Virus record (IMG/VR): IMGVR_UViG_3300045988_061891
DNA: 64,000 nucleotides
Strand: one strand, 5' to 3'
Origin: a virus
Positions 41,501-49,968 of this stretch are shown here, piece by piece. The translations under genes and the position numbers were made by a program. Every line of letters starts with the position of its first letter. The stretch's first letter is position 1. The notes beneath the pieces were generated by a model. It was given only the letters and a program-made list of their open reading frames with translations. It ran no database searches and was not told the DNA's origin.

Positions 41501-44500
41501 CTGGTGCTTACTTATTTGCAGGTCATGACTCTAGACTTTGGAATATGCTTGAAAAGGATAAAGAATTCATGGGCATAGTTCAAAAGATGGATAATGCTTT
41601 ATATTCTGCGGGTATATCATATATCAATATAATTGATATGCTTGATGGAGAGCAGGCAGATAAATGGGTAGAAAGGGTTTATAATCAAGATGCTCAATAC
41701 AAGTACATTGGACCATATGCAGAGAAAGGAATTGATAACCTATTCATGTTACAAGGTAAAAGAGACTTACATAGAAAATGGTGGTTAGCAAAGAGGTTCT
41801 CTATATATGATGCTAAGTTTATTACAGGTCCTTATAAATCGCAGTCTATTGAGTTTAAATGTATCAATGGTACTCCTGCTGGTCAACAGTTTACTATTGT
41901 GTCAGGCTACCCAATAAACTTTGGATATGGCATTAATGATGAACCAAGAGAAACAGGTATTTATCTCGACAAAGACGGCGAGCATACATTTACTACTACT
42001 GAAGTACTTAATGTTGGTGACCCTATTAGAATATATGGTGCTCCTAATATTAAGGTTTTAGATACTAGGAAGATGGCTGATAAGCTAGCTACTATATCAA
42101 TAGCAGCTGTTTATGATGATAACTTAGGTACTTGTCTTACTCACCTTCGGCTTGGTAGCTCTTCATTAATTAATAATGAGGTTACTGCAATATCGGGATT
42201 AAAGCAGGCTAAAAGGTTAGAGTTTATAGATATAAGAAGTTTCAAAAAGTTGACTTCATTAGACCTATCAGAACATCAATATATTAAATCAGTATGGGCC
42301 TCAAATTCAGGCATAGCTTCCCTACTACTAGCTAAAGGAAGCCCTGTTCAAGTTCTTAAGCTCCCTGCTACTATAACTAATTTAACATTAGAGCAGCTCT
42401 CACTCTTAGCTTATAGTGCCATAACCTTTGATGATATTAAAACTCTGAAGAATATAAGTATCAAAGATTGTCCTCTTGTAAGCAATAACTTTGGTTTTAT
42501 CTATAATTGGTTCAATACTAAAGCAACAGATTCAAGTGAGTGTTCACTAGTAATGGATAATATAAATTGGACTAATGTAGATACTGCACAGTTACTTAGT
42601 TTAAAGGCTCTTGGTACTCTTAAATTAAAGGGTAGGATTAAACTAGTTGAAGTGAGTGAATCTCAGTTATCTGAGCTTCAGGCAGTGTTTGGAAATAATA
42701 TATTTAATTCATCATCTGAGTTATATATTATAGCTCCTCCTGCTGTATACTTAGTTGGTCCTGAGTCTTTAACTGAAGGTGGTACTGGTAAATATTCATG
42801 TGTTGTATCTGGTGCTGAATTACAATCAGCCTCTTTCTCTATAACATCAGGTAGCAGCTCAGCAATAACTCTAGATTCTACTACTGGTGTATTAACTACT
42901 ACAGAAGGTGCAGGTGGTAGAGTAATTACTGTGCAATTAATAGCTAAAATACGAAAGGAGGGAGAGACTAAAGTCACAACCACAACAAAGACAATGACTA
43001 CTAGGATTCTTCCAAAGACATACCCCTCAAGTGAGGACACAACACTTGAAGGAGATAGTCAGTTAGGAGTAGAGACTACTTATACAATAAAACATTCCAA
43101 TACTTATACAGGAGATTTTAATGTAACTTGGTCTTTAACTGGTCTTGATGGTTATGCAGAAATTACAGAGTCTAATAAAACTTCTTGTACTATAAAAAGG
43201 CTTCAAGTCATTAATACTGTTATAAGTGGTACTCTAACAGCAAAGTTCACTAAAGTTTATAATGGTTCTGCATTATTTACTTTATCAAAGTCTGTTCAGT
43301 TAGTTAATGACGACATTGCTGTTGCTGATGCTAAAATAGCAAAAGTATTCTATGATGCTAAATTATGTGCCAATAGTACCTATGTTACCAAAGAAGAGGC
43401 TGCTTCAATTACTACGGCTGATATACAGCCTGGTATTAATTATTCTACCTCTATATTTAGGTCATTAGACTCAGATTATTCTGGTGATTTTAGCGGATTC
43501 AAGTATTTTACATCAGTCACCGCTTTAAAAGATTATATGTTTGCTAGTAGACACTTTGAGCATTTATGCCTCCCCAACACTATAACTCTTATAGAGAGAG
43601 GCTCGGGATTGCGGTATGTGAAGCGTTTAGAGATAAATGAGGGACTTTCAGAGATGCATCTACTCTTTGAAGGGCAATACCTTAGTCTTCCAAATATTAC
43701 TTCTCCATCGAAGGGGGACATAGCCCTCTACGTAAATAATTCTGGTATGACCGTCACAGGGGGTAATAGTATGCCCAATACACTTCGTTATTTTCTTACT
43801 TTTTATACTACTAAAAAAGAAGGGTTATCAATAGAGAGCACAAATATCAGAGCACTAGTTAGTAATCAACTCTTCCAAATAACTAAGCTTGTAGTAGGAG
43901 GAGATGCTGGATTACCTACTACTGTTACAGCACCCTCAGGAGGGTACTTCGAAGATATGAATACCACGCAAAAGATTATTCTTGAGAAGATTAATACTAA
44001 TGTATATAAGATAGCCAATGAGATATATTATGCCACAGTAGTTATAGACACCAATATGTCTGAGCAAAACCCTGACTTCTTTGTTACTTATACCAACCAT
44101 GATGGCGAAGAAGTTCAAACTACAGTTAAGGCAGGTACTCATGTACTACCTATAAAGTATGGTACTACAGTTAAAGTAGTAGGCTCAGAGATAGAAAATC
44201 TTATGGTTTCTGATGGTAGTTGGTCATTTAGTGGTACAAGGTGTAAGGGTAGTATTTCTATGAATTATGTTGAAGCCGCTGATGTATATATTCAACATAT
44301 AGATGGCACTCTTTATACTAAAGATGATTGGAAGTCAAAAGGCTTTGCTAACGAGAAGGCAAATGGTGTTGCAGTAGTTAGACCAATTAGTGGCAGTTTT
44401 GTTATTGCTAAAGAGCAGGGTCCCAGTTTGGCATGGGGAGGTTATGATACCACTATTACAGGTATAGTTACAAGCACTTCACTTTCTACAGCAGTTTTAG

Positions 44501-44859
44501 ATAATGATGGAGCTGGTAATACACCTAAAATTATTGAGCAACTAGATGGAGTTACTGATAGTAAAGGGATAACAGGAGCTCCTGCGGCAGAATATTGTAC
44601 AGGATATACATTTCCTGATGGAAAGACAGGCTATCTTTGTGCCTTAGGAGAGTGGAAAGGTGTTATAGATAACTTCGATAAAATTCAGATGATTCTTGAT
44701 AATTATATTGGCGGTGATACTATAATTTTCGGTAGTTATTGGACTAGCACTCAGGGGAGTGTTACCAATAGTTGGGGGGCATCCCTTGACAGGCCTCACC
44801 CTATTTCTTCAGGGAAGACTGCTCAGTACCTGGTTCGGGCTTTTTGCCCACTCTCTTAA
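38545..44859 (+). CDS. giant multidomain tail/host-interaction protein (2104 aa)
   Basis: LamG-type signature KAIRIYNTALTSDQI; CotH-like block RPQGTSSMGYPKKNFRIYT...CWCLKADYAESSG; LRR-like repeats (LTSLDLSEH...NLTLEQL); Ig-like (Big_2-type) segment GPESLTEGGTGKYSCVV...; DUF1566-like C-terminus AAEYCTGYTF.DGKTGYLCALGEW. Confidence 0.6.
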   Translation: MANKVYDKEINKHSDWGGDASTENLPVSGSRVQEFIKKTLDGKMGVFYYDTTNNRYLVFADIENRDLYLEDPTKNELVLGTFDAPFNYEAEINLISGSYKAVQLGSTGNYVEFIFDTKNKQGASVGGLATVTYTIIRNSTKKVITETRNSRSTVKFNLDKYLGEGTNTIIIGITDKNTLAATTVSVTYQVVNLTIKDELNISKVYDLSSATSLNMEVLFNISGYGTKTVEWYIDGEQLEFVKEEDEVVDVEASRTKYITLSNLQQGRHSLQLRAHSIVNGEKFYTNTLYRDFIVYTGASTDTILGIAIEVPSEHGIIGPSDNVSIYNMEQYVPYSLRFASYSPTNEQNIEVGIYLNDELNGAITSSNDTENNYTLVSSKSGNKVLKLVSGKVEYTIPVVVTPTSMNISDITNNLELDFTAVGKSNSSPNRDIWSYNGYTGTFYGFKWNDVSGWVNNRLLMPSGTSFSIDYAPLDNNPTGTGKTIELEFSTLNVREDDAIICDLRNASGTGLLITATKVSLTSENGVTVETEFRSGENVRIAFVINKSSGTLNKCLSFIYTNGIISRGEAWSATDKYDSPKTIKFTASDKVEVSLKAIRIYNTALTSDQILNNYILYRDSIEEMTSVYEKNDVYTEGTTSFDPNKMMSRVPVMIVTGDIPVLENISDKNTQIIVDIDYYNMQDPTRNFSMVSAAMRPQGTSSMGYPKKNFRIYTQKVDDTILYDSNGKVVQDKLYSFREGSQPVNCWCLKADYAESSGTHNTGIAKLWNKALYNVQIGGEYVCRTNAQKAAIVADYEYDVRTAIDGFPILLFYRKTKNDDLIFIGKYNFNNDKSTESVFGFKGIPGFDNSRMQCWEVLNNGNSLALFTTSENFDTKWEDAFESRYPDTSNPDISDLKTFAEWMSTVSQENFATEKWEHMDIYKLAAYYVYILRHAAVDQTVKNAMFTSEDGSHFYYIHYDNDTVHGLINTGRLRVKPTDDRQSTDDSGAYLFAGHDSRLWNMLEKDKEFMGIVQKMDNALYSAGISYINIIDMLDGEQADKWVERVYNQDAQYKYIGPYAEKGIDNLFMLQGKRDLHRKWWLAKRFSIYDAKFITGPYKSQSIEFKCINGTPAGQQFTIVSGYPINFGYGINDEPRETGIYLDKDGEHTFTTTEVLNVGDPIRIYGAPNIKVLDTRKMADKLATISIAAVYDDNLGTCLTHLRLGSSSLINNEVTAISGLKQAKRLEFIDIRSFKKLTSLDLSEHQYIKSVWASNSGIASLLLAKGSPVQVLKLPATITNLTLEQLSLLAYSAITFDDIKTLKNISIKDCPLVSNNFGFIYNWFNTKATDSSECSLVMDNINWTNVDTAQLLSLKALGTLKLKGRIKLVEVSESQLSELQAVFGNNIFNSSSELYIIAPPAVYLVGPESLTEGGTGKYSCVVSGAELQSASFSITSGSSSAITLDSTTGVLTTTEGAGGRVITVQLIAKIRKEGETKVTTTTKTMTTRILPKTYPSSEDTTLEGDSQLGVETTYTIKHSNTYTGDFNVTWSLTGLDGYAEITESNKTSCTIKRLQVINTVISGTLTAKFTKVYNGSALFTLSKSVQLVNDDIAVADAKIAKVFYDAKLCANSTYVTKEEAASITTADIQPGINYSTSIFRSLDSDYSGDFSGFKYFTSVTALKDYMFASRHFEHLCLPNTITLIERGSGLRYVKRLEINEGLSEMHLLFEGQYLSLPNITSPSKGDIALYVNNSGMTVTGGNSMPNTLRYFLTFYTTKKEGLSIESTNIRALVSNQLFQITKLVVGGDAGLPTTVTAPSGGYFEDMNTTQKIILEKINTNVYKIANEIYYATVVIDTNMSEQNPDFFVTYTNHDGEEVQTTVKAGTHVLPIKYGTTVKVVGSEIENLMVSDGSWSFSGTRCKGSISMNYVEAADVYIQHIDGTLYTKDDWKSKGFANEKANGVAVVRPISGSFVIAKEQGPSLAWGGYDTTITGIVTSTSLSTAVLDNDGAGNTPKIIEQLDGVTDSKGITGAPAAEYCTGYTFPDGKTGYLCALGEWKGVIDNFDKIQMILDNYIGGDTIIFGSYWTSTQGSVTNSWGASLDRPHPISSGKTAQYLVRAFCPLS

Positions 44860-44939
44860 TTATAGTACAACTTTTCCCAAGGTATTTAAATATACCTTGG
44901 GTCAAAAGTTGCAAGAAGTAGCTTTAAAAATTAACCACA

Positions 44940-45452
44940 ATGATAAGAGTAACTAATTTAAAAGACTATTACACACCAATATCAGTTAGCGGTAATATAG
45001 TTAAAATAGCTTTTGATTATAAACCTTTTTATGACACTGATGAAGATGGTAATAAAGTAGAATCCAATGTAGGAACATGGGCTGAACATGTATTCAGGAA
45101 TAAGCCCTCTTTAAGTCAAATAAAAGATTTTATTCTTACAGAGATAAATAAAAGAACTGATGAACTTATATTGTCAGGCTTTGTATGGAAGGACATTCCT
45201 GTATGGCTCTCTATGGAGAATCAACTCAATTATAAGACAGCCTATGACTTAGCTGTACAAACAAATGGTCAGGTACTTCCTACCTTCAAGTTTGGCACTA
45301 CAGAGTCTCCTGTATATTATAAGTTTGAAAGTCTGGAGGATTTAAAGGATTTCTATATCAGTGCTATGTCCTATGTTACTGATACTTTAGCCACTGGGTG
45401 GCAGGAGAAAGACAAAATTGATTGGACGGTATATGAAGACTTGTTAAAGTAA
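44940..45452 (+). CDS. hypothetical protein
   Basis: 170-aa ORF. Confidence 0.6.
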   Translation: MIRVTNLKDYYTPISVSGNIVKIAFDYKPFYDTDEDGNKVESNVGTWAEHVFRNKPSLSQIKDFILTEINKRTDELILSGFVWKDIPVWLSMENQLNYKTAYDLAVQTNGQVLPTFKFGTTESPVYYKFESLEDLKDFYISAMSYVTDTLATGWQEKDKIDWTVYEDLLK

Positions 45453-45458
45453 AAAGTT

Positions 45459-45863
45459 ATGAGGAGTTTATTGATAGCAATCTTAATCTTCATAGTGGTC
45501 TCTTGTACTACCACAAAGTACGTAGATAGACCAGTTCTAGTGGAGACTGTAAGAACTGAGTATGTGAATCAGCTGTATAAAGACAGTATCTTTGTTCATG
45601 ACAGCATTGACAGATTTATAAGTGGAGACACAGTACATCAGTATAAGTACAAGTACATTTACAAATACTTTAACAGGACTGACACTGTTGTCAAAACAGA
45701 TAGTATTGAAGTACCAGTTGAGATTAAGACCACTGAAGTAAAAGAAGTCAACAGAATTAAAGGCTATCAATCATTCCTTATGTACTTTGGGTTTGTATTT
45801 ATTCTTATCCTGGTTTATAAGGTTATTAAGTTTATAAAAACCATCCTTAACAAGGGTACCTAA
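45459..45863 (+). CDS. lipoprotein with a C-terminal TM segment (unimolecular spanin candidate)
   Basis: Lipobox FIVVSCTT at the N-terminus; C-terminal TM FLMYFGFVFILILVY. Confidence 0.4.
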   Translation: MRSLLIAILIFIVVSCTTTKYVDRPVLVETVRTEYVNQLYKDSIFVHDSIDRFISGDTVHQYKYKYIYKYFNRTDTVVKTDSIEVPVEIKTTEVKEVNRIKGYQSFLMYFGFVFILILVYKVIKFIKTILNKGT

Positions 45864-45901
45864 CAAGTAAGATTGCTTGAAATAACAGAACTCAAATTAA
45901 A

Positions 45902-46255
45902 ATGATTGAAATGGAAACACTCCTTACTGGAGGTATAGGGTTACTTACTACTGTGGTTAGTGCTTGGGCTTCTTGGATATTTGCCAGAAAGAAGTATAAC
46001 AGCGAAGTAGACAATAATCTGATACAAAACATGCAAGAATCTCTTGACTTTTACAAGAAGTTGTCTGATGATAATAGGACAAGGCTGGAAGAGGTTCTAA
46101 AGAGAAATGAAGATTTGGAAGAGGAAGTTAGAGAATTAAGAACTCAACTGTTTAGTCTTATGAATTCTATTTGTACTGACCTCTCTTGCCAAATTAGGAG
46201 AAGAGAATTTACTAACTTAACTACATTCAAAAATGAAGAAAGTAAACCTGAATAA
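45902..46255 (+). CDS. N-terminal TM plus coiled-coil protein (holin or i-spanin-like candidate)
   Basis: GGIGLLTTVVSAWASWIFA TM segment followed by a coiled coil. Confidence 0.4.
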   Translation: MIEMETLLTGGIGLLTTVVSAWASWIFARKKYNSEVDNNLIQNMQESLDFYKKLSDDNRTRLEEVLKRNEDLEEEVRELRTQLFSLMNSICTDLSCQIRRREFTNLTTFKNEESKPE

Positions 46256-46430
46256 CCTGTATGAGTCTCCCTATCCCCCAACAGATATTAATGTTCTATG
46301 GGTGGACAAAGATGAATCAACTGGAGACATTAGAGCAATTCACAGATATGACCGTGCTGCTAAGGCATGGACTCCTTATCTAGTAGCAGTTGACTACTTA
46401 AAGCCTGATGAAGAAGGGCAAGAAGCTTAA
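46233..46430 (+). CDS. small protein carrying the shared N-terminal LWVD...W.P module
   Basis: MKKVNLNNLYESPYPPTDINVLWVDKDESTGDIRAIHRYDRAAKAWTPYL. Confidence 0.5.
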   Translation: MKKVNLNNLYESPYPPTDINVLWVDKDESTGDIRAIHRYDRAAKAWTPYLVAVDYLKPDEEGQEA

Positions 46431-46468
46431 TGACTCAATTATTAAATAACAATTAAAATCTAAAAATT

Positions 46469-46561
46469 ATGGGAAGAGCAAAACCTATGGTTGCTAAAGC
46501 AGGAGTGGCCAAACAAAGAGAGAGAAGATATGACTGTGAAGGTAAATTATTTAAAAGTTGA
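46469..46561 (+). CDS. small basic peptide (30 aa), paralog 1
   Basis: Hand translation: MGRAKPMVAKAGVAKQRERRYDCEGKLFKS*. Confidence 0.35.
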   Translation: MGRAKPMVAKAGVAKQRERRYDCEGKLFKS

Positions 46562-46566
46562 TTGTT

Positions 46567-46665
46567 ATGGCAAGGAGAGTAAAAAGACCCAGACCTATGA
46601 GTCCTAAAGCTGGTGTAAAGGCAGGCAAAAGATACGGCTGTGGAGGGAAACTTACTAAAAAATAA
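46567..46665 (+). CDS. small basic peptide (32 aa), paralog 2
   Basis: Hand translation: MARRVKRPRPMSPKAGVKAGKRYGCGGKLTKK*. Confidence 0.35.
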   Translation: MARRVKRPRPMSPKAGVKAGKRYGCGGKLTKK

Positions 46666-47095
46666 GTGGTGTGTTTATAGACACACCTCACCCTCTGGAA
46701 AGGTATATAAAAGTAAATCTTTATATAAAGTATTCTTGATTGCCTTAAAGTACATTCCAATACTAGTTACACTGTCATATATAGTCAATACTACACTATG
46801 TTGGTTTGGTATAGATGCACCAGTCTTAAGTAATGTATCAGGAATGTCACTATTAACTTGGCTATTCATGTATATAGCAACTTATGTATTTAAATTTTGT
46901 AACTATCATAGGCTGCTTCTGTACTTTATATTAATAGATGACAGCATTAACATATATGATTACTATTTCACTATACCATTGGAAGACTATATAATGCTTG
47001 AATTGCATACTGCAATAATTGGTATATTAGTGATAACACTATTGATAAATCATGTTAAAAGTCATAAGAAACCTACTGGTGAAAATAGTGAATGA
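46640..47095 (+). CDS. multi-pass membrane protein (start uncertain); its 5' end carries a GIY-YIG N-terminal remnant
   Basis: KWCVYRHTSPSGKVY resembles the first GIY-YIG strand pair and is followed by 3-4 hydrophobic helices. Confidence 0.45.
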   Translation: MEGNLLKNKWCVYRHTSPSGKVYKSKSLYKVFLIALKYIPILVTLSYIVNTTLCWFGIDAPVLSNVSGMSLLTWLFMYIATYVFKFCNYHRLLLYFILIDDSINIYDYYFTIPLEDYIMLELHTAIIGILVITLLINHVKSHKKPTGENSE

Positions 47096-47315
47096 TATTG
47101 ATGTAGGTAACAGCAATATCACGGAGAAGGAGGCAATGGAGCTAACCAAGGTTCTACAATCCTATACAGACAAGACTGTAAAGATGAGCCTCAAAATCAA
47201 CACTTTGGGGGTGCTATTTTTGTTTAATAGCATTATTAGGATTGCTAGATTGTTTAGTTTAACTTTAGGCCATGTAAGCTTACAACACAACAAGTTAATT
47301 AATCAAACAATCTAA
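47052..47315 (+). CDS. hypothetical protein (weak)
   Basis: 87-aa ORF overlapping the previous gene by 44 nt. Confidence 0.35.
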   Translation: MLKVIRNLLVKIVNDIDVGNSNITEKEAMELTKVLQSYTDKTVKMSLKINTLGVLFLFNSIIRIARLFSLTLGHVSLQHNKLINQTI

Positions 47316-47320
47316 CAATC

Positions 47321-48238
47321 ATGGAAAAAACTTATGTTTTTGACACTGCCGACAGAGGTGGGTTTGATTCTACTGCACTCATTGCAAGTCTAATGGGTAA
47401 CAGAGGTGTAGACCCTAACCTTATGGCTCTTATACAGAATGCCTCAAAGAACCAGGATGCCTGGGGTGGAGGTGGAATGTGGTGGATTTGGGTAATCATC
47501 ATGTTCTGGCTATGGGGTGGAAATGGTAATATGTTTGGTAGAAATGGTATGGCTGATGGTATCCCTAATCAGCTTAACAATGACTTTGGTAGAGAAGTTC
47601 TGCTTCAAGCTATCAATGGTAATGGTACTGCTCTATCACAACTTGCTACCACTCTTAACTGTGATGTAAATGCTCTCCAGACTGCTATTGGTCAGGTACA
47701 GTCTTCTATACAGTCTATAGCTAACCAAGTAGGTATGACAGGTCAGCAAATCATCAACTCCATTCAGCAAGGTAACTGTCAGCTTGGTAATCAACTAGCT
47801 CAATGCTGCTGCAACATCCAAGACTCTATTACAAGAACTAATTATGAGAACCAAATCTCCAATCTGAACCAGACCAATACTCTTCAGAACTCTATCAACT
47901 TTGTAAATAGCTCTGTTGAAAGAGGGTTTGCTGCTACAGCATATGCAACTGCAAATCAAACTTGTGAACTGAAGAATGCAATTGCTGCTCAGACTCAAGT
48001 AATCAATGACAAGTTCTGTGCTCTTGAAATGAGAGAGATGGCAAGAGAGAACAGAGACCTAAGAGACCAAGTTCAGGCTTATCAACTATCTGCTTCACAA
48101 CAAGCTCAGACAGCCAACATTGTTAATCAGATTAGGCCTTGCCCAACTCCTGCCTATGTTGTTCCCAATCCTTATGGATGTGGATGCAACAACTATGGTT
48201 ACCCATTCAGCAATAGCTGTGGATGTGGGAGTTGCTAA
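47321..48238 (+). CDS. hypothetical structural protein with a W/G-rich hydrophobic segment, Q/N-rich middle and Cys-rich tail
   Basis: GGGGMWWIWVIIMFWLWGGNGNMFG; C-terminus PYGCGCNNYGYPFSNSCGCGSC. Confidence 0.6.
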   Translation: MEKTYVFDTADRGGFDSTALIASLMGNRGVDPNLMALIQNASKNQDAWGGGGMWWIWVIIMFWLWGGNGNMFGRNGMADGIPNQLNNDFGREVLLQAINGNGTALSQLATTLNCDVNALQTAIGQVQSSIQSIANQVGMTGQQIINSIQQGNCQLGNQLAQCCCNIQDSITRTNYENQISNLNQTNTLQNSINFVNSSVERGFAATAYATANQTCELKNAIAAQTQVINDKFCALEMREMARENRDLRDQVQAYQLSASQQAQTANIVNQIRPCPTPAYVVPNPYGCGCNNYGYPFSNSCGCGSC

Positions 48239-48257
48239 CCATTAAATCTAAAGAACT

Positions 48258-48677
48258 ATGGCAGTAACAATTTCACCAGTAGGATTAGCTGCTGCTCCAG
48301 TAGCTAATACATTAGCCTTCATGGCTACTTACAAGGAAAAGCTATGCCGCCCGTTCTGTGTAGATTCAACTATACAACCTCAGGTATCTGTAGTTTATAC
48401 TACAGGTACCCCAAGGTTGGTTGAGACAACTGTCTTTATCCCTGTTAAGGCAGTGATAACAGTTGTAACTCAGAATAGTCAGTGTGGATGTAATGCTCAT
48501 ACTCAATTGTTTACTGAAAACTTTGTAGTTGCATTCCAAGGTCAGACTGCTCTACCTACAGCAGTAACACTTACCAATGTGGGAAGAGACCAGTTCGGGT
48601 CTAATATAAATTGTGGATGTGCTTTCTCATACACAATAAATGACTCTCTGACTCTTGCTATAACACCAGCGGCATAA
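48258..48677 (+). CDS. hypothetical protein with CGC motifs
   Basis: QCGCNAH and NCGCAF in 139 aa. Confidence 0.55.
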   Translation: MAVTISPVGLAAAPVANTLAFMATYKEKLCRPFCVDSTIQPQVSVVYTTGTPRLVETTVFIPVKAVITVVTQNSQCGCNAHTQLFTENFVVAFQGQTALPTAVTLTNVGRDQFGSNINCGCAFSYTINDSLTLAITPAA

Positions 48678-48702
48678 ATTAACCAACTAAACTATTAACA
48701 AT

Positions 48703-49215
48703 ATGTTTTCCAACTTAAGAACTAACAGTCAATTATACATACTTCACAAAGAATCTACCCCATATATTGAAGTGGGTCAGGTACTGAGTGTCTCTCAGCC
48801 TCAACCTAGATTCCCAGTAGCTAACTTTATGAATCCTCAGGAACTCGTAGTAGATGTTGTAGTGAGGATAAATGGCAATGATATTACATTGCAGAAACTC
48901 CCTGCAAACCTTGATATTGCAGACCAAGGAACTGCCAATGGTGCTTTGGTCATAACTACATCAAGAGAAGCTATGAACTCAGAGGTGGATTCCCTCAGAC
49001 AGAAGAGTCTTGGCATTCTTAATAGCGTTGATTACCATAAGAAAATAGTTCAAGATTGCGAAGTATTACTACAAAGACTAAACCCAGAGTTTGCTGAACA
49101 AAAGCAACAGAAGCAAGAGATAGATATGCTCAAGTCTCAGATGTCAGAGATGATGAGTGGTATGAAGGAACTGATGGCTCAATTTAAGTCTAAGGAAGAC
49201 ACAACTAAATCATAG
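48703..49215 (+). CDS. hypothetical protein
   Basis: 170-aa ORF with a C-terminal coiled coil. Confidence 0.6.
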   Translation: MFSNLRTNSQLYILHKESTPYIEVGQVLSVSQPQPRFPVANFMNPQELVVDVVVRINGNDITLQKLPANLDIADQGTANGALVITTSREAMNSEVDSLRQKSLGILNSVDYHKKIVQDCEVLLQRLNPEFAEQKQQKQEIDMLKSQMSEMMSGMKELMAQFKSKEDTTKS

Positions 49216-49218
49216 GAT

Positions 49219-49443
49219 ATGGGAAAGATTTTTCAAATAACTGAAGACTACGAAGAAAGAGGTAGAGGTATGAGAAGGGAAGATGAGGACTATATGCTTG
49301 AAAAGGCTTTCAAAGAAGGTTGCGAACATGGCTATAGAAAGGCTATGAGAGAAGCAGGCTTCGATGAAAGAGGCGGCTATAGAAAAAACTATAGGGAAGG
49401 CTTTGAGGAAAAGATTGAAAAACTCAAAGAAAAGTATAGATAA
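49219..49443 (+). CDS. hypothetical charged small protein
   Basis: 74-aa ORF rich in E/R/K. Confidence 0.5.
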   Translation: MGKIFQITEDYEERGRGMRREDEDYMLEKAFKEGCEHGYRKAMREAGFDERGGYRKNYREGFEEKIEKLKEKYR

Positions 49444-49445
49444 CT

Positions 49446-49847
49446 ATGGGTCTCAGGCAGCAGTTCAAGATAAGGAAGTATGACTGGGATGTGGTTATAT
49501 ACTACACTGTAGATGAGAAACAGAAGACTGAGATAGTTACTGAACTTAAAGAGCTTCAGCCTGACAAAGAAACCTTTGAGAAATTGGAAAGGAACTTGAT
49601 GAACTCAGAACTGGATACAGGTTTCATTTACTCAAGCTTCTACAAGAAGTTCTCACTTATAGTCATACACAAGGCTTCGAGTATAGGAGAATTTGTTAAC
49701 ACCTTTGAGCATGAAAAGAACCATCTTGAAATGCACATATGTGAGGCTCTTGACATCAATCCTTACTCTGAGGAAGCTGCAATACTTAGTGGTGAGACAG
49801 CTATGCAAATACTCAATGAGGCATTGTACAACATAGCTGAGCTATAA
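49446..49847 (+). CDS. hypothetical protein with an HExxH motif (FEHEKNHLEMH)
   Basis: 133-aa ORF. Confidence 0.5.
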   Translation: MGLRQQFKIRKYDWDVVIYYTVDEKQKTEIVTELKELQPDKETFEKLERNLMNSELDTGFIYSSFYKKFSLIVIHKASSIGEFVNTFEHEKNHLEMHICEALDINPYSEEAAILSGETAMQILNEALYNIAEL

Positions 49848-49851
49848 ACAT

Positions 49852-49882
49852 AAAGGGAGACATAATGTCTCCCTTTATTTTT
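49852..49882 (+). terminator. rho-independent terminator
   Basis: AAAGGGAGAC-ATAAT-GTCTCCCTTT followed by ATTTTT. Confidence 0.8.
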
Positions 49883-49922
49883 ACATTTTTATTTACATTC
49901 TATTAATATTTCATTTAGTCTG

Positions 49923-49953
49923 TTGTGCAGTATTAAAACTTTTTCTACCTTTG
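49923..49953 (+). promoter_or_regulatory. Bacteroidetes-type promoter
   Basis: gTTGtgcagtattaaaactttttcTACCTTTGca, with 20-nt spacing. Confidence 0.55.
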
Positions 49954-49968
49954 CAGTGAAGTTTAATA

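Noticed and set aside
35387-44859. Diversity-generating retroelement targeting the fibre genes.
   Set aside because: There is no reverse transcriptase ORF and no obvious template/variable repeat pair in the window.
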